From Priapulus caudatus (taxonomy: Eukaryota): a stretch of DNA of 36,531 bases. A program made the position numbers and the translations under genes. The notes under the pieces are model-generated. The model made no database searches. It worked only from the letters and a program-made list of their open reading frames with translations, and was not told the origin of the DNA. The stretch covers positions 52,403 through 88,933 of the forward strand of contig NW_014577064.1 of the NCBI RefSeq assembly GCF_000485595.1, written 5' to 3'. Below, piece after piece: positions 1-13,732 of this stretch; position 1 is the stretch's first letter, and each line of letters begins with the position of its first letter.

Positions 1-668
1 AGGAGAAGGTGAAGGGAGGAGAGGTGAGGAGAGAAGGTGATGGCAAGAGTAGTAAGGGGAGAAGCTAATGAGAGGACAGCTGAAGAGCCAACTAGAAGGG
101 AGGAGAGACGAGTAAAAAAGCCGAAGAGAGGAGAGGCGATACGATAAAATGAGAGTAGGAGAGTTAATAAAAACTCACGTGGGAAGCCATTGGAATGGAT
201 GCTGACGAGTAAATACGCGATGGATGAACCGTAAAGATGGGAACATTGTCAGAAGGACAGCAGCTGACGCTCGTTTCAGTGACACTAATGGAATACTTGA
301 AGACAGTAGTGCTGTCAAAGCCAACCAAAATCAATAGTTTACTCATCAAGTAGCAACAATAAGGAAGAATAATACAAAATTAAATAGTTCGAGACTTGCG
401 CAAAACTTGCACAAGTATTTTACATTCACATCAAAGCAGATATGTACGTCCAAGCCCTTAACAACATGCTTATATACATACATACATACATAACTAAGTA
501 CTTTATATGATTACTAATATGTTGTGTTCCCATTTGGAATTAAATTATCAATTGTACAATAGTCAATACATTTAGATTCGGGCATGAATTTCACATAAAT
601 ATTGATATCACGAACTGCAACAATTAATTTTACATTTTGGTATAACTCATTTTTCGTTTCAAACGAAT

Positions 669-848
669 TCACAAGAAGACAAACTCCTCTGGCTCGTGCA
701 CCACTTTACCGTCCTTGTCTAAATGCGTTATATGGAGGAGGTGTTCCCGGCTGCTCCTGCGATGCGCTCTATACTCGTGGTCCTCGCTGGAGCCATTAAC
801 AAAGACGAACATCGGGTAGTCACGCCCCGATTTTGGCGGAGTCAATAA
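669..848 (-). CDS. ATG4: ATG4 terminal exon 10
   Basis: TTGCAG acceptor; 180 nt. Translates LLTPPKSGRDYPMFVFVNG...HEPEEFVFL*, with the ATG4C/D YPMF motif and acidic-F-V-F-L C-terminus (LIR-like). The middle part may carry compensating errors. Confidence 0.88.
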   Translation of the reverse strand, partial: LLTPPKSGRDYPMFVFVNGSSEDHEYRAHRRSSREHLLHITHLDKDGKVVHEPEEFVFL

Positions 849-1367
849 CTGCAAAGCAAATATATCAAACAGATAGATGTGCGACATGCCGTCCATTACC
901 GGAAGAAATCTAATAGTCGACCTAGACTATCATATATAATATGTGTGTGTGCTCCTGCGTGCGTGCGTGGGAGAGAGAGAGAGAAGAGAGAGGAAGAGAG
1001 AGAGAGGAGAGAGGAGAAGGACCGAGAGAGAGAGCGAGAGCAGAGATGGAAGAGAACGCGCGGAGCGAGAAGAGCAAACAGTTGAGAGGCTGCTGTAGAA
1101 CAGTGTAGTTGTTGTTGCTGCTGCAGTACATCAAGTATGTAGATTATGTGGGTTTAGCTACCAAGGGTTGTTGAATTTACTGATTTCGTTCTATTTGTTC
1201 AAGTAAAACTTCTTTGTATTATTGCATTATGTAGATTTTCTTTGAGCAAATAAAACTCGGTAGTTCAACTATCTTGTGTGAATGACTCTACATGATAGGA
1301 CGCGGGGGGATGCGATCTTCGCTGTAGGGCCTAACATATGTTTTTTGGACTAGCGTCTATATCTATA

Positions 1368-1467
1368 GCACACACACACACTACGACACATAGACAACAC
1401 ACGCACGCGCACACACACACATACACACGCACAGCACACGCACGCACCGCAGGCACGCACGCACGCA

Positions 1468-1499
<32 letters not shown>

Positions 1500-2230
1500 C
1501 AACAACCACACGCACACACACACACACACACACGACACAACACAACACACACACGTTACCAATTTTAAATGTGAGAATAGGAAACCCTTGCTCTTTAGCA
1601 ACCGTCGATTGGTCACGATTACCATACGTGCTCTGCTCTTCTACGGTATTACGCATTACTAGTACAATCAATCCCTTTGAAGCGCCCGCCATGTTCTATG
1701 TAGCCGATCACCGTGACACGGCGCCAGCAGAAGAGACGCAGGAATGAAGACAGCGATGTCTCTGCCTCGAGGCAAACAACTAAAAGCCACAGCACAAACA
1801 AACACGCGGCCGGCGGCGGGTGCATATATCGCTACGTTTCGCCGACCTTGTTGCAATAATGTCTTTTACGCGCTGTTCTTTGTTGCATAGATGTCTGCCC
1901 TGTTCTGTTGCGTACAGTGGCCGGGGCCACCCCCGGAGAATGAACAATGCGCGGAGACAAGGACGCTGTCGGCGTACATCAAACGTCCGCGACGTGTTCA
2001 TGTTCCAATCACATAGTGTCTGCGGCGGTGGTGAACGCACAAATCTTATACATACGCACATGCCACCTCACACACACAGCGCATACGCACGGCGCCACAA
2101 CCACCGCCGCCCACACACACACACACACACACGCACGCCACGCACGCACGCACGCACAACACCACACACGTACGCACGCACCTCACGCACGCACACACAC
2201 ACACACACACATACCATACATCATAGGTAT

Positions 2231-2262
<32 letters not shown>

Positions 2263-2290
2263 ATATATAATATATATATATATATATAGT
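1368..2290. repeat. (CA)n/(CACG)n and (TA)n microsatellite cluster; (TG)n counterparts at 3720-3830 and 12490-12600
   Basis: Directly visible dinucleotide runs at about 1368-1555, 2070-2215 and 2229-2288. Confidence 0.9.
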
Positions 2291-3049
2291 ATAACACGCA
2301 CAGTAGCACACATCAGCGCACACCGCGCATACACAACGCGTGTGTATTTAATCATACAGACGTACGCCCACAGCGCCACGCGCACCGCCGATCTAAGCAA
2401 CCGCAATTACAGTTAAAGATGGAGGGTCGTTAACGAGAGTTATAGCGATAGTCTTCTTGAAGCCCAGCTGGTCGGATTGGAACGCACGCACGCACTGTGC
2501 ACGCACGCGTTAGAACGTGCTGCACGCACGCAGCTGTGCCACGCACGCCGGAGCGCTGTGCACGCACGCACGCTTAATTGAGTAACCCGCGCCCGTGTCG
2601 TACCAGGTACTCACTCATCATAGTTTATATTGACGGAGGAAACAATCAAAACTCTTACACGTGGAAATTAACGCGCGCCGCAAACCGAGGACGAGCTGAT
2701 CCATGATGCCGCTCCAGGCCGACTCCGACCGTCATTTTCTTCGCGCGACATTGGATAAACGGCCAATAATTAATCGTTACATATTCACTATATATATATA
2801 CTCAATCTAGTAGTAAAGCGACTGATAGGTCGAAGTGCATGAGCGACAGAAATGTAATAGAGACGTATGTTACGCGCTTTCGTAAATACCTAATAGCTTA
2901 ATAATTCAGACAACGTCGTGCTCACGTTAATTGCATATATTAAGTAGGAGAGAGTGTCTACGGCCGCGCCAAGCACGCGGTATCTCGAATCAGAGGCACG
3001 AACGTGCCTTAATTAATGCGTACGCCGGTACCACCGACCGAAGCTGCTT

Positions 3050-3565
3050 TCTACAGCTCGTTTGTATTCTATAGACCCACTCCTTTCTATCTCGCTTGTA
3101 TCTTTCGCGCACTTCTTATCTCTCTCGGTGTATTTACCCACGTTTTCAATCTCGTTGTATCTTAGACCACTCTTTCTATCTCGTTGTGTATCTTACACCC
3201 TCTTTCTCTTCGTGCTGTTGTATCTTACCGTCCACTCTTTCTTCTCGTTGTATCTTAGCCCACTGTTTTCTATTTCGTTGTATCTTAGCCCACTCTTTCT
3301 CTTCGTTGTATCTACGCGCCACTCTTTCTCTCTCGTTAGTATCTTACCCCAACTTTCTCTCTCGTTGTATCTAGCCCCACTGTTCTATCTCGTTGTATCT
3401 ACCCCACTCTTTTCCTCTCTCGTTCTATCTTAGCCCCACTCGTTCTATCTCGATCTGTAGCTACCCCACTCTTTCTCTCTCTTGTATTCTTAGCCCCACT
3501 CTTTCTCTCTCGTTAGTCATCTTACCCCCACTCTTTGCTCTCTCGTTGTGATCTTACCCTCCCCC
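3050..3565 (+). repeat. Pyrimidine-rich minisatellite, about 29-bp unit
   Basis: Repeated ctcgttgtatcttagccccactctttct(at) variants. Confidence 0.88.
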
Positions 3566-3616
3566 CTCTTTCTCTTTCTCGCTCTCTCTCTCTCTCACAA
3601 AGCTGGATGCTGGCTG

Positions 3617-3641
3617 NNNNNNNNNNNNNNNNNNNNNNNNN
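3617..3641. other. Assembly gap (25 N)
   Basis: Run of exactly 25 N. Confidence 0.99.
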
Positions 3642-4089
3642 TCGCTGCGTGCGGCGTTGGCTGTGCGTCGCGCGTGCACTGGGGGCCATCTGTGTGTGCA
3701 CGTGGATGTGTTGTGCCTCTGTGTGTGGTGTGTGTGTGTGTGTTGTGTGTGTGTGTGTGTGGGTGTTGTGTGTGTGTGTGTGTGCTGTGTGTGTGCGTGC
3801 GTTCATGCCAGTGTGTGTGTGTGCGTGCATGTGTGCATTCATGGCATGATGTGCGTTCTGCTTCGTGCGGGTGCCGTGGGCCGTCTGCAGTTGTGCGTCT
3901 GAGTCGGGTGTGCATCCTTGCTTCGTATGCGTGCACGCAGTGGGTGACATCTTATGTGCGTTGCGATGGTGTATAGGTACCGTACGTGGCACGCGTGCGT
4001 TGTGTCTCATAAACAACACTTGTTCTATAGGTCGCACAGTCGAGCATCAATCCATTCACATCATTACGTGATCAATAATGGACGCCTAC

Positions 4090-4226
4090 CGTGGCGGGTG
4101 GTGCAGCAGAGCCTGGACTCCCTCAAACGTGTTAGCCTCCGTGCGCGAGTAGAAAGCCACTGTGCACTACCGGGTCCATCTGCTCAGTGACATCATTGCG
4201 CCGGGTGTCATCGGGCAGTGGAATGT
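4090..4226 (-). pseudogene. ATG4: Duplicate of ATG4 exon 9 with different indels
   Basis: Minus strand contains ACATTCCACTGC (TFHC) and ATGGACCC...TGCACAGTGG.TTCTAC (MDP.CTVGFY). Confidence 0.75.
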
Positions 4227-4969
4227 CTTGCAGGCGAACCGATGCAGGCATGAATAGCAGCTGCATCACCCACTATACACTATGCCTATACACTGTTATC
4301 TGTGTTTCCTTTTCTGTATATTACTGTTATCGTCATGTATATTATATTACTTTTGTATAGAACTTATATATATCTGATATATATTATATAATTTCCTATT
4401 AGTTTACGGGCTGCGCCACAGATGGCGGTGCGGGCGTTGCGGGTGGCGCACATCTCTCTTAAATTGTTTAAATCTGCCGGTATTTGTGTGCTGGAGCTCT
4501 TGATTTTCATGCAATTCATACCTTATTTTACTCAAATTTTACTCGGAGCTATGGTCTTCTAAGGCAGGTGCAAGTGCCAGTGAGTAAAAAAAAAAAACAT
4601 CACAAATAAGATTCGTTACAAATTTAAGGTTTCTACGCAGTGCATGGTGCTTTAGAGACCATGGGCAGCGTATTTAGTTGCTCAGAGGTGTATTGTGGAA
4701 TTGTTATTATATGACCTTCCTCTGGTCCGGAAAAACGGATTGTGTAAAGGCCCCAACAAGGGTTGCTGAAAAAACCAGTGGTGTACCTGTATATATATAT
4801 AAAATGTGCTATTATTATATATATATATCATAATAGTGTTATACACACTTTATATCCACTGCCCTATATAGATTGTATGAATTGCACCTATATATGCATG
4901 GACTATACTAATACCTGTTCGTACACTGTACCGTGGTAGAATCTTCAGGCTGTAGGTATTGCAACTCAC

Positions 4970-5057
4970 CCTAGTTTAAACAAGTTGTCAACTTGTACAG
5001 ATCAACAGCCTCCGGTCGCTGGCAGTAGTGTGTGGGTCCAAGTATGACAGCTTTGTG
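4970..5057 (-). pseudogene. ATG4: Noisier duplicate of ATG4 exon 8
   Basis: Aligns by eye to 13733-13808 with several insertions and frameshifts. Confidence 0.75.
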
Positions 5058-7079
5058 CTGCGTAACATCACAGTAGACATATGAGACGTCGCCGTAGGTC
5101 ATTCGCATGCATGCATAAAGAATATCGGTTATGCCAAAATAACGTACATCGTATATGAGTAAATATGTGTATGTATTTAATTTGATGACATCTCTAATTC
5201 CAAGAGGAGACGAGATGAGACGAGAGATGAAGTGAGAAGAGAAGAGCGAGGGGGAGGGAGAGGAGCTGGAAGGAACGCGAGGAAGAGAGAGAGAGAGGAG
5301 AGGATGAGAGGCCCGAGAGGAGGAGAGAGAGGTAGACGATGAGAGATGACGATGAGAGGAAAGGGATGAGATAGGGGGTATAGGGTGATGAGGAATGACC
5401 GAAGAGTGACGCCAAGCATAGGGGGAGGGAGGAGGAGGTGGGAGAGAGAGGAGAGAGGATGAGGAGAGAGTGTTTTTAATTTCAAGTGACAGCTGAAAAA
5501 AAAGAGAAAAAGCATGTGAGACGCGGCAGAAAGGGACAAAGAGGAAATTGAGAAGAGATAATCGAAAGGGATTAGAGTAGGAAAGAGCACAGAAAAACTA
5601 GAGAGCGATGAACGGGAGAGCAGATGTTACGAAGGAAAAATCCGCACGAAAGGAACGACAGATGAGAAGAGTACGAGCAGAAGGCCTGCTGGGCCAAGAT
5701 AGATGGAGTATACTATAGTACACCCTGCCAGCCCGCGATCAACAGGCAACAGAGGCTGTGTTCAGGTGTCTTTCGGCGCCCGCTCTAAACATCCGCCCCT
5801 ATTGAGTAACGTAGCTCGCAAGGATAGTCTCACCGATGGGACAATCGCCGCGTTGTCCTTAGCATGGTTCCGTTATTTGAATCGTAATTAAAGAGATCGT
5901 CCACTGCGGTAAACCTAGCCCATCTTCAATAGAAGGCGTACATGCGTCTTAGAATTGCTTATTAGATTTCATGTAGTCTCTTATTTTGCTCTCCTAGAAT
6001 GTCTTGGCGCCATCAGTCTGCAGTCGTAAGGCGCAGCCCAGCTCCGCTCGTCTATTTAGTATTGGTGTTGTGCGCACACTATGTATTCGGGTGGTCACGG
6101 TAGAACTCTCGTGATACGGACTCCAGCGCCTACTATCTCGTACATGAATTGTCTGCGGAGCGTGCGGCTACCAACGCAAGTTGCTCTGCTTAGACCTTTC
6201 TACATGCCGCGATTAAGGCATTCACTCTTATGTTTTCGCGGATGCCCTTCATAACTTCGCTCTCAGGTCGCGGGCTGTACCTCGGATCCTGCAGTCTACC
6301 TATAGCTCTCGACATATGTTCCTCTTTTTGTTTTCCCAAGGATACGCACCATTTTGGTGTCCGCTTGAGCACTCTAAGCCTAAAGCGCCCTAACCTCATG
6401 CGCGCTGCCCTAAGCTGGTCCCACACCCTAACTCGGCTATACCCTAACCCTAATCCCTGACTTCGTACCCCTAAACCCTAAACGCTAACGCGCCGCGGCC
6501 GGTGACATGCGGTAACACCGGGGATACGACCCTTAGGCGTGCGGTTTAAGGGTATCGCGGATGGCAAATCGACCAATCAAGCGCTGGATGAGGTGGTTAG
6601 GATGGTCCTTTGTGTGATAGGTTGTCTGTATTACTGCTAGAATTGGTGTCGTTAGTCTTTGTGCTGATTAGAATAAGACTGCTTGTTTAACTCGTTTGCA
6701 TTGTTAGTTTTCAGATAACACGTAGAAGGTCGGCTTTATTTTCTCGCGAACGAGTCCGACAACCTGTAAAGGCGGCTCGTCCGAGGGTGCGCCGGTTATC
6801 TGGAGTCTCGCCTGTCGCCAGTAAATTTCCAAAGAAACCTATTTTTGTCGGTGAATCCAGTGTAATGTGAGGCTATTTCTCGTGTGCCGCTTGGCAAGAA
6901 GTTTTGTTCTAAGGGAGGATTTATGGAAGGATTTTTTGGTTGTTAATTAACATATCTATAGTTGGTCAACTTGGCGACGATATTCATCGAGGTGGAGGAG
7001 TGGGGCTGGCATTTTATTATTTTGAGCAACATACCCTTTGTGTTGAGTTTTAATGTTGGGGAATTTTCCCGCTTCCTGT

Positions 7080-8150
7080 AGTCGTGTTGTTCTCGTCCTG
7101 CGTGCGGCGAGCTGATGTCGCGTCTGTCGAGAGTCACGGCCTTCCTTGTAGTGTGCTGTTCTCGTGCTGCCGGCGCCGCGCCGTAGAGGCCGCGAGGAGT
7201 CGTGCGAGCTACCGTCGCTCGTCCATCACGTGCTTCCTGTCAGGGTGTTTTCTCGTCTGCATTAAAGAGCTATGCGTCGGGCATCTGTCCATCGAGTTCT
7301 TCCTGTTAGGGTGTGTGTTCTCGTGCCGACGGACACTAAAGCTGTTAAAAGTCCGGTTCATTTGATGGAATGGTCGCTTCTGTCGAATCGCGTCTTCCAT
7401 GTAGGGGTTTTCTCGTCTGCAGCTGTTAAGAGTCTCGCCTACGCTTGTGTTTGTATCCGTAGCTCATACCACATGTTGCAGTACGCTTCTGGCATTTGTT
7501 CGAGATCTGCCCGCTTCTCCTTGTTAGCGGGTGTGTTCTCGTCTGCAGTGGGAAGCTGAGCGATTTCGCTCTGCTCGATCACCCGCCTTCTGCAGGTGCT
7601 CGGTTTTCTCCGTCGTGCATGAAGAGCATTTTGGCGTTGCTCTGTCCATCGAGTTCATATCTCTTGCGAATCATATTTCGTGCTGTAGAGATGTGTCTTC
7701 TCTCTGTTCGCAATGAGAGTCTTTCTGTATTCGCAGTAAATTCTGTGCGTTATGCACTCCTCGGCACTTCTCCATGTTGTACGCTCTTGTTTCTTATCTT
7801 AGTCTCTTTGCAACCCAAAGCATGTACCTGATTGTCTTGTATTATTGATAGTGTTGCCTCATTTGTGTTTTTGCGCACATCTGCCCCTGCAAAGCCGTAT
7901 CACGCCTTTCCTGTAGGCTGTTTTCTTCATCTAGGCTGTGTCGCGTGCGTGCACAGCTACGTCGCTCTTGTCTCGATCACGGCCTTCCTGTGGTGTTCTC
8001 TGTCTGTCGTGCGGAGCTACCATCGCTCTGGCCATTGCTAATTGTCGTATCGTTCGTCTAATTTATACAATAGGTTACTATTTCACAACAATCGATCACG
8101 GCCTTCCTGTAGGTGATTTTCTCGTCTGCGTGCGTCAGCTACTCGCGCTC
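7080..8150 (+). repeat. Degenerate minisatellite, roughly 60-70-bp unit (also at about 15830-16900)
   Basis: Recurrent tcacggccttcctgtagg...ttctcgtctgc motif at irregular spacing; unit length is blurred by indels. Confidence 0.7.
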
Positions 8151-8299
8151 CTGCTCTGCTTCCATCGCCTCTTTTCTGCCCCATCCAGATGTATGCTTCG
8201 CCATAACCGGGGCGCTGGGGCAACTCGGCCCGGCCGCGGCTGCTGCAAGAACGCAGGCGGCCGCCGACCACGCGCACAAGGCTGGCGGCCCCCTTCGGC

Positions 8300-9862
8300 T
8301 GCAGACACAATTGGCGGCGCGTATCGGCCGCAGATAGTATATCTTGTGGTTTGGCGGCTGAAAGTCGCAAATAGAACAGATGATTATAACAGAACAAACA
8401 GGAAAAAAATGGGGGCCGGGCCACCCATGTGGTGCTGCTGATAAGCACTGCTGCGCACCGAACGCTGCTCGCGGCCGGCAGGAAGCGCTCCAGCCAGTGA
8501 GGGCGTATCCGAGGGTTACGAGGCGACGTCGCGGGAGGGGCCGGGCCGTGCGGAGTTGTGCGGAAGCACAGGCACCGGCATGCGGCGTGGGGCCGGAGGC
8601 GGACGTCGCCGCTGTGAGCGGCTGTCAAGAGCAGGATGCTCGTCGTGGATGTGTATGTATCCAGTGCGCCGCGCCGTCGCTTTACCGAACCGGCAGCGGG
8701 AGTCGCGCCCGCCCCGCCATGCCAGTCGTACAGGCCGGCCCTTCCAAGAGCGCGCTCTGCGTGCCAAGCCCCCCCGCGCAACCCGACCAACAACGAGGCC
8801 CCGCCCCGAAAGGCGCCCCCCAAACAGCCAAGCGCCGCCCGCCGGCTGCCGCGGCGCCGAAATGATTGCGAGGCAAAAAAAAAAATCCGGTCCACTGAGT
8901 GCTCTTGTTTTGGGGCCACACGGGACGGCTTTCCTCTCGCTTGAGTTGCGACAGAATCGCGCGAATGAAGACGTGTGTGCGAAAATAATGCATTTAATTA
9001 CCATATACCTCTAAGTGGCGGGTGAGGAGGGCGCAGTCAGCGAATCACGACGTCGTCCTCGTCTGCGGCTCGATCAGCTTCACGGTTGGAATCATTATCC
9101 AAGGCGACGGTCAATGAAACCATTGAGCGCGAAAAAAATTCCCATAAATGCCGGCGAGTGTGGAGCGCCGAGGTCTTGTTCGGACCAACCAACTCGCTTA
9201 GCTGGGCCGCCGACCGCTGTCGTTTTCTCTCACCACAATCAACTAACTCTCCCCCATCCTTCCGCGCCTGCAGATATAGTCCGCTGCACTCCACGTGACC
9301 AATTCATATTATTCGTGGTGTGCGCGCGCGCTGTTGCCGTGATGGGATAACAAAAAACCATCTCCTTATAGATTTCTCGCGTCTCCGTGCATGCTAACAA
9401 GAACTTTTGCCAGCGACGCGAGCGAAGGAGTACTACAGAAGCTCTCAGTTGGCACGTCGTCGTCGGCGTAGAAATAGGTTAGCGATGTCGCAAGCATCCT
9501 AGCGCAGACTACATCTGTGCAAGGGAATGCAAGGGCGAGAGGAGCCGCCCTGCAGCGCTATCCGCTACAAACTGGCGGCAATGCGGGCCCCCCCCCCCCC
9601 CCTTCGCAGTCGTATTCAGCGCTAGCACGGCCCGGCAAAAAGTGAGAGCCGAGCATCGCTCAGATGATCGGACGGTTGTTTCCTTGTGTGTCGCGCTCTT
9701 TTGATATGGAGTTGGCTACGATTTATCCTCTGTCCGATAAAATCGCAACTGTACTGCACGGTCACCTCGGTTGGCGCTCATACACAGATGGTCTGTCTCC
9801 CGGCTTCTGCTCTTACTGCTTTTGAGGCAGGGAGCAGGTAGATGACAATCCTGCGATGTACA
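8300..9862 (-). pseudogene. ATG4: Second occurrence of the garbled ATG4 exon 6 copy
   Basis: Same sequence as 17050-18613 at offset 8751. Left boundary approximate. Confidence 0.7.
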
Positions 9863-10112
9863 CTGCAAGAACACACAGGGATTGCGGTCACACACCGAGC
9901 TACACGTTTACACACGAGCGCGACGCGGCGCGTTCACACACACAGGAACTACAGCTAACACGCCAGTAGCTGATTAATGCCGTAGAAATGTCAAAATGAT
10001 CGAATGACATCTGCTGCGGAACACGAGTGCTTCATCTGAAGCTGACGTCGCGAGGCAGACGAAGAGAGATGGATGGTCGTCGTGCATATAGGGATGTGCG
10101 CGGCGGGCACGG

Positions 10113-10290
10113 CGAGGAGGAGGGGGAGAAGGAGGAAGAGGAAGAGGACGAGGAGGAGAATGAGGAGGAGAAGGAGGAGGAGGAGAAGGAGCAGGAGGAA
10201 GAACAGAAGGAGGAGGAGAATGGGGAGGAGGAGGAGAAGGAGGAAAAGCAGGAGGAGGAGGAAAAGCAGGAGGAGGAGGAGGAGGAGGAT
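10113..10290 (+). repeat. (GAG/GAA)n purine triplet repeat
   Basis: Directly visible; gives poly-E, poly-R and poly-S ORFs in different frames. Confidence 0.85.
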
Positions 10291-11235
10291 GCTGCGGTTG
10301 CGGCTGACGCCAGCATCAATACAGGCCGTGAAGCTCTCGACGTCGGCTGCTGAGCGAGTCGCTAGCAGTAGTCATTAGCATGCGTGCATCTACAAGCGAC
10401 GACACGTGTCTCTGACAGCACCCTGCGCAACAGTAGACGGACGGACCGGCCAGAAACAAGCGCGCATTGCAGATTCCGATCTCAATATTTCCCTTTTTCT
10501 AGCTCTTGATACATACATATATCTTGATATAATACACCGACAGTAACCAATTCTGGCGTGGCGTCGACGGGAGTCGAGTTGACACCATTGGACGGCAGCG
10601 CCCTGCCATTCGCCCCCGCCCCTATACTAATGTATGAGAAAAGATTACTGCGGGCCGTTCGGCGCGTTGTCTCTCCAGAGCAATGTTCTTCGGTTGGTCT
10701 TAACAACGGTCGTAAACAAAGCACACACAGAGACACGCTCGCGGGGGGGGGGGCACGCATCACCGCGGTGAGATCGCGCATGCGCGGGTGATAGTCTTCT
10801 GCTAACAACCATGTACACTTGATAGCACAAACGCAGCGAGCGCTTGAGGTCGCTGCAGACGCTGCGAATTCGAGAGTCAATTAACGCCGAACGATTGATC
10901 ACTCACACCGAAGTCGTTTGATATCGGCCGTTAAATGAATATTTCACAACCACTTCCAGCTGGGAAACATGAACTATCCGCCGAAAGGTGCTGCTAAGCA
11001 AAACCGATGTAAGGGGGGTTGGCGTGATTACGTTGTCTAATTTTATTTGATGAGAGGTTTAGGATAAAAGCTGACAACAGAGGCAGTGTGGATGAAATTT
11101 GAGGAGAGGAATTGTGGAGAGCAGAAGTGAGATGAGAATAAAAGTTGAAGTCAGCAGAAATGACTATAGATATTGATGGCTAGAAAGGTGAGGAGAGTGA
11201 TTGCGAATAAGAAAAGGAGAACGGAATCTGATGAC

Positions 11236-11390
11236 AGGAGAGGTGAGGAGAGAAGGTGAAGGGAGGAGAGGTGAGGAGAGAAGGTGAAGGGAGGAGAGGT
11301 GAGGAGAAGGTGAAGGGAGGAGAGGTGAGGGGAAGGTGAAGGGAGGAGAGGTGAGGAGAAGGTGAAGGGAGGAGAGGTGAGGAGAAGGGG
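11236..11390 (+). repeat. Purine-rich tandem repeat, 26-28-bp unit
   Basis: gaggagaaggtgaagggaggagaggt about five times; also at 1-40. Confidence 0.85.
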
Positions 11391-12093
11391 AACGGTAAAG
11401 TGTTGGCTCAGTGGTGAGAAAGAAGCTGATGGAAGAGTAGTAAAGGGAGAAGCTAGATGAGGAGGACAGCGAAGCAGCAGACTAAGAAGTGCGAGGAGAG
11501 ACGAGTAAAAAAAGCCGGAAGCAGAGGGCAGAGGCGATACGATAAAATGAGTAAATAAAACTCACGTGGGAAGAAGCCATTGTAGATGGATGCCTGACGA
11601 GGGATACGCGATGGATGGAACCGGTAAGTGGAACACTTGGTCAGAAGGACAGCAGTGACGCTCGTTTCCAGTTGACACTATGAATACTTGAAGACAGTAG
11701 TTGCTGTCAAGCCAATCCTAAAATCAATAGTGTTACTCATCTTCAAGTTAGCATACGAATAAGGAAAGAATAATACAAATTAAATAGTTCGAGGACTTGC
11801 CCGCAAAACTTGCACAGCTATTTTTACACTTCACATCAAAGCAGATTATGTACGTCCAAGCCCTTAACAAACATGGCTTATATACATACGATACATACAA
11901 ACTAAGTACCATTTATATGATTACTAATATGTGTGTCTCTTCCCATTTGGAACTTAACATTATCAATTGCTACAATAGTTCAATACATTTAGCATTCTGG
12001 GCATTGAATTTCACCATAAATATTGAGTATCACGAACTGCTAAACAATTATTTTTACATTTTGTTATAATCGATTTTTCGTTTCAACACGAAT

Positions 12094-12288
12094 TCACAAA
12101 GAGACAAACTCCTCTGGCTTCGCTGCACCACTTTACCGCTCTTGCTCGAATAGTGCCTTTTATATGGAGGAGGCTTGTTCCGGCGCTTTCCTGCGATGCG
12201 CTTCTATACTCGTGGTCCTCGCTCGAGCCATTAACAGAAGGCGAACATCGGGTAGTCACGCCCCGATTTTTTGGCGCGAGATCAATAA
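12094..12288 (-). pseudogene. ATG4: Duplicate of ATG4 terminal exon, frameshifted
   Basis: Aligns to 669-848 with indels; VNGSSEDHEYR is retained in one frame. Confidence 0.75.
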
Positions 12289-12836
12289 CTGGCCCCAAGA
12301 GGCAAATATATCAAACAGTAGATGTTGCGACATGCGTCCCATTTACAGGAAGAAATACTTATAGCTCGACCTTAGACTTATCATATATAATATGTGTGTG
12401 TGCTCCTGCCGTGCGTGCGCTGCGTGCGGCGTTGGCTGACTGACGTCGCTGTGCCTGGGTTGGCCAATCTGTGTGTGCACGGTGCGATGTGTGTTGTGGT
12501 TGTGTGTGTGTTGCCGTGTGTGTGTGTGTGTGGTGTGTGTGTGTGTGCTGTGTGTGTGTGTGTGTTGCTGCGTGCGTTCATGCATGCTGTGCCTGTGGTG
12601 TGCGCTGCATGGTGCTCATTCATGCATGTGTGCCGTTGCGTGCGTGTGTTGCGTCTGCATTTGTCTAGTGTCGTGCATCTGCTTCGTATGCGTGCACGCG
12701 TGGGTGCATCTATGTGCGTGCATGAGTGAACGTACCTGCGTGGCACGCGTGCGTGTCTCATAACAACACTTGTCTATAGTCGCACAGTCGAGCCGATCAT
12801 CCATCTCATCATTACGTGATCAATAATGGACGCTAC

Positions 12837-12967
12837 CTGCGGTGCTGTGCAGCAGCCTGGAACTCCTCAAAGTGTAGCCTCGTGCGCAGGTAGAAAGCCC
12901 ACTGTGCCAGCTAGAGCGTTCCATCTTGCTCAGTGACATCTGCGCCGGTGTCATGCAGGTGGAATGT
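12837..12967 (-). CDS. ATG4: ATG4 exon 9 (indel-containing)
   Basis: A consensus with the copy at 4090-4226 reads approximately TFHCMTPRKMSLSKMDPSCTVGFYLRTRLHFEEFQAAA, with the conserved FHC..PRKM and MDPSCT.GFY motifs. Confidence 0.85.
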
Positions 12968-13732
12968 CTTGCCAGCCGAACCGCATGAGGCATGCAATAG
13001 TCAGCTCATCACCCACTATACACTATGCATATACACTGTTATCTGTGTTTCCTTTTTCTTATATACTGTTATGTACACTTATATATATTACACTTTGTAT
13101 AGAACTGTTATATATATCTGATATATATATATAATTCCATATGTAGGTTTACCGGGTGGCCACAGATGGCGGTGCGGGCGTTGCGGGCGGCACACTCTCC
13201 TAAATTGTTTTTAAATCTGCGGTATTTTGGTGCTGAGCTCTTGATTTATGCAAATTCATTACGCTTATTCTTACTCAAGATTTTACTCTAGCGAGCTATG
13301 CGTCTTCTAAAGGCCAGGTGCAAGTGCCAGTAGAATACAAAAAACAAAAACATCACAAAGTAAGATTTCGTTCAATTTAAGTTTCTACGCAGTGCATGGT
13401 GCTTTTAGCAGACATGTTGGAGTATTTAGTTGCCTCAGAGGTGTATTGTGGAATTGCTTATTAATATGACCTCCTCTGGTACGGAGAAAACGCAATTGTG
13501 CAAAGGCCGCCAACAAGGGTTCTGAAAAAACCCATGGCCTTACCTGCTATTATATATATAAATATGTGCTATTATATATATATATATATATCATAATAGT
13601 GTTATACACACTTTTATATCCACTGCTATATAGATTGTTGAATATGCACCTATATATGCATGGCGCTATATATACTGTTCTACACATTGTACCGTGAGGA
13701 ATCCTCAGGCTGCCTACGGTATTGCAACTCAC

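Larger units (their letters stand above)
5186..10011 (+). repeat. Copy 1 of a 4.8-kb direct duplication (copy 2 at 13937-18762)
   Basis: All ORFs lying within it recur with identical translation at offset 8751. No differences seen on inspection. Confidence 0.95.

Noticed and set aside
1331..4037. His/Thr- and Cys/Val-rich ORFs (also 12343-12804)
   Set aside because: Translations of (CA)n/(TG)n microsatellites.
7938..9350. Cluster of long overlapping GC-rich ORFs (up to 278 aa), repeated at 16689-18101
   Set aside because: No recognisable domain. The region is mostly the garbled copy of ATG4 exon 6, and GC-rich sequence has few stop codons.
10027..10378. Poly-Glu or protamine-like poly-Arg ORFs
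   Set aside because: Translations of a GAG/GAA simple repeat with no supporting exon context.
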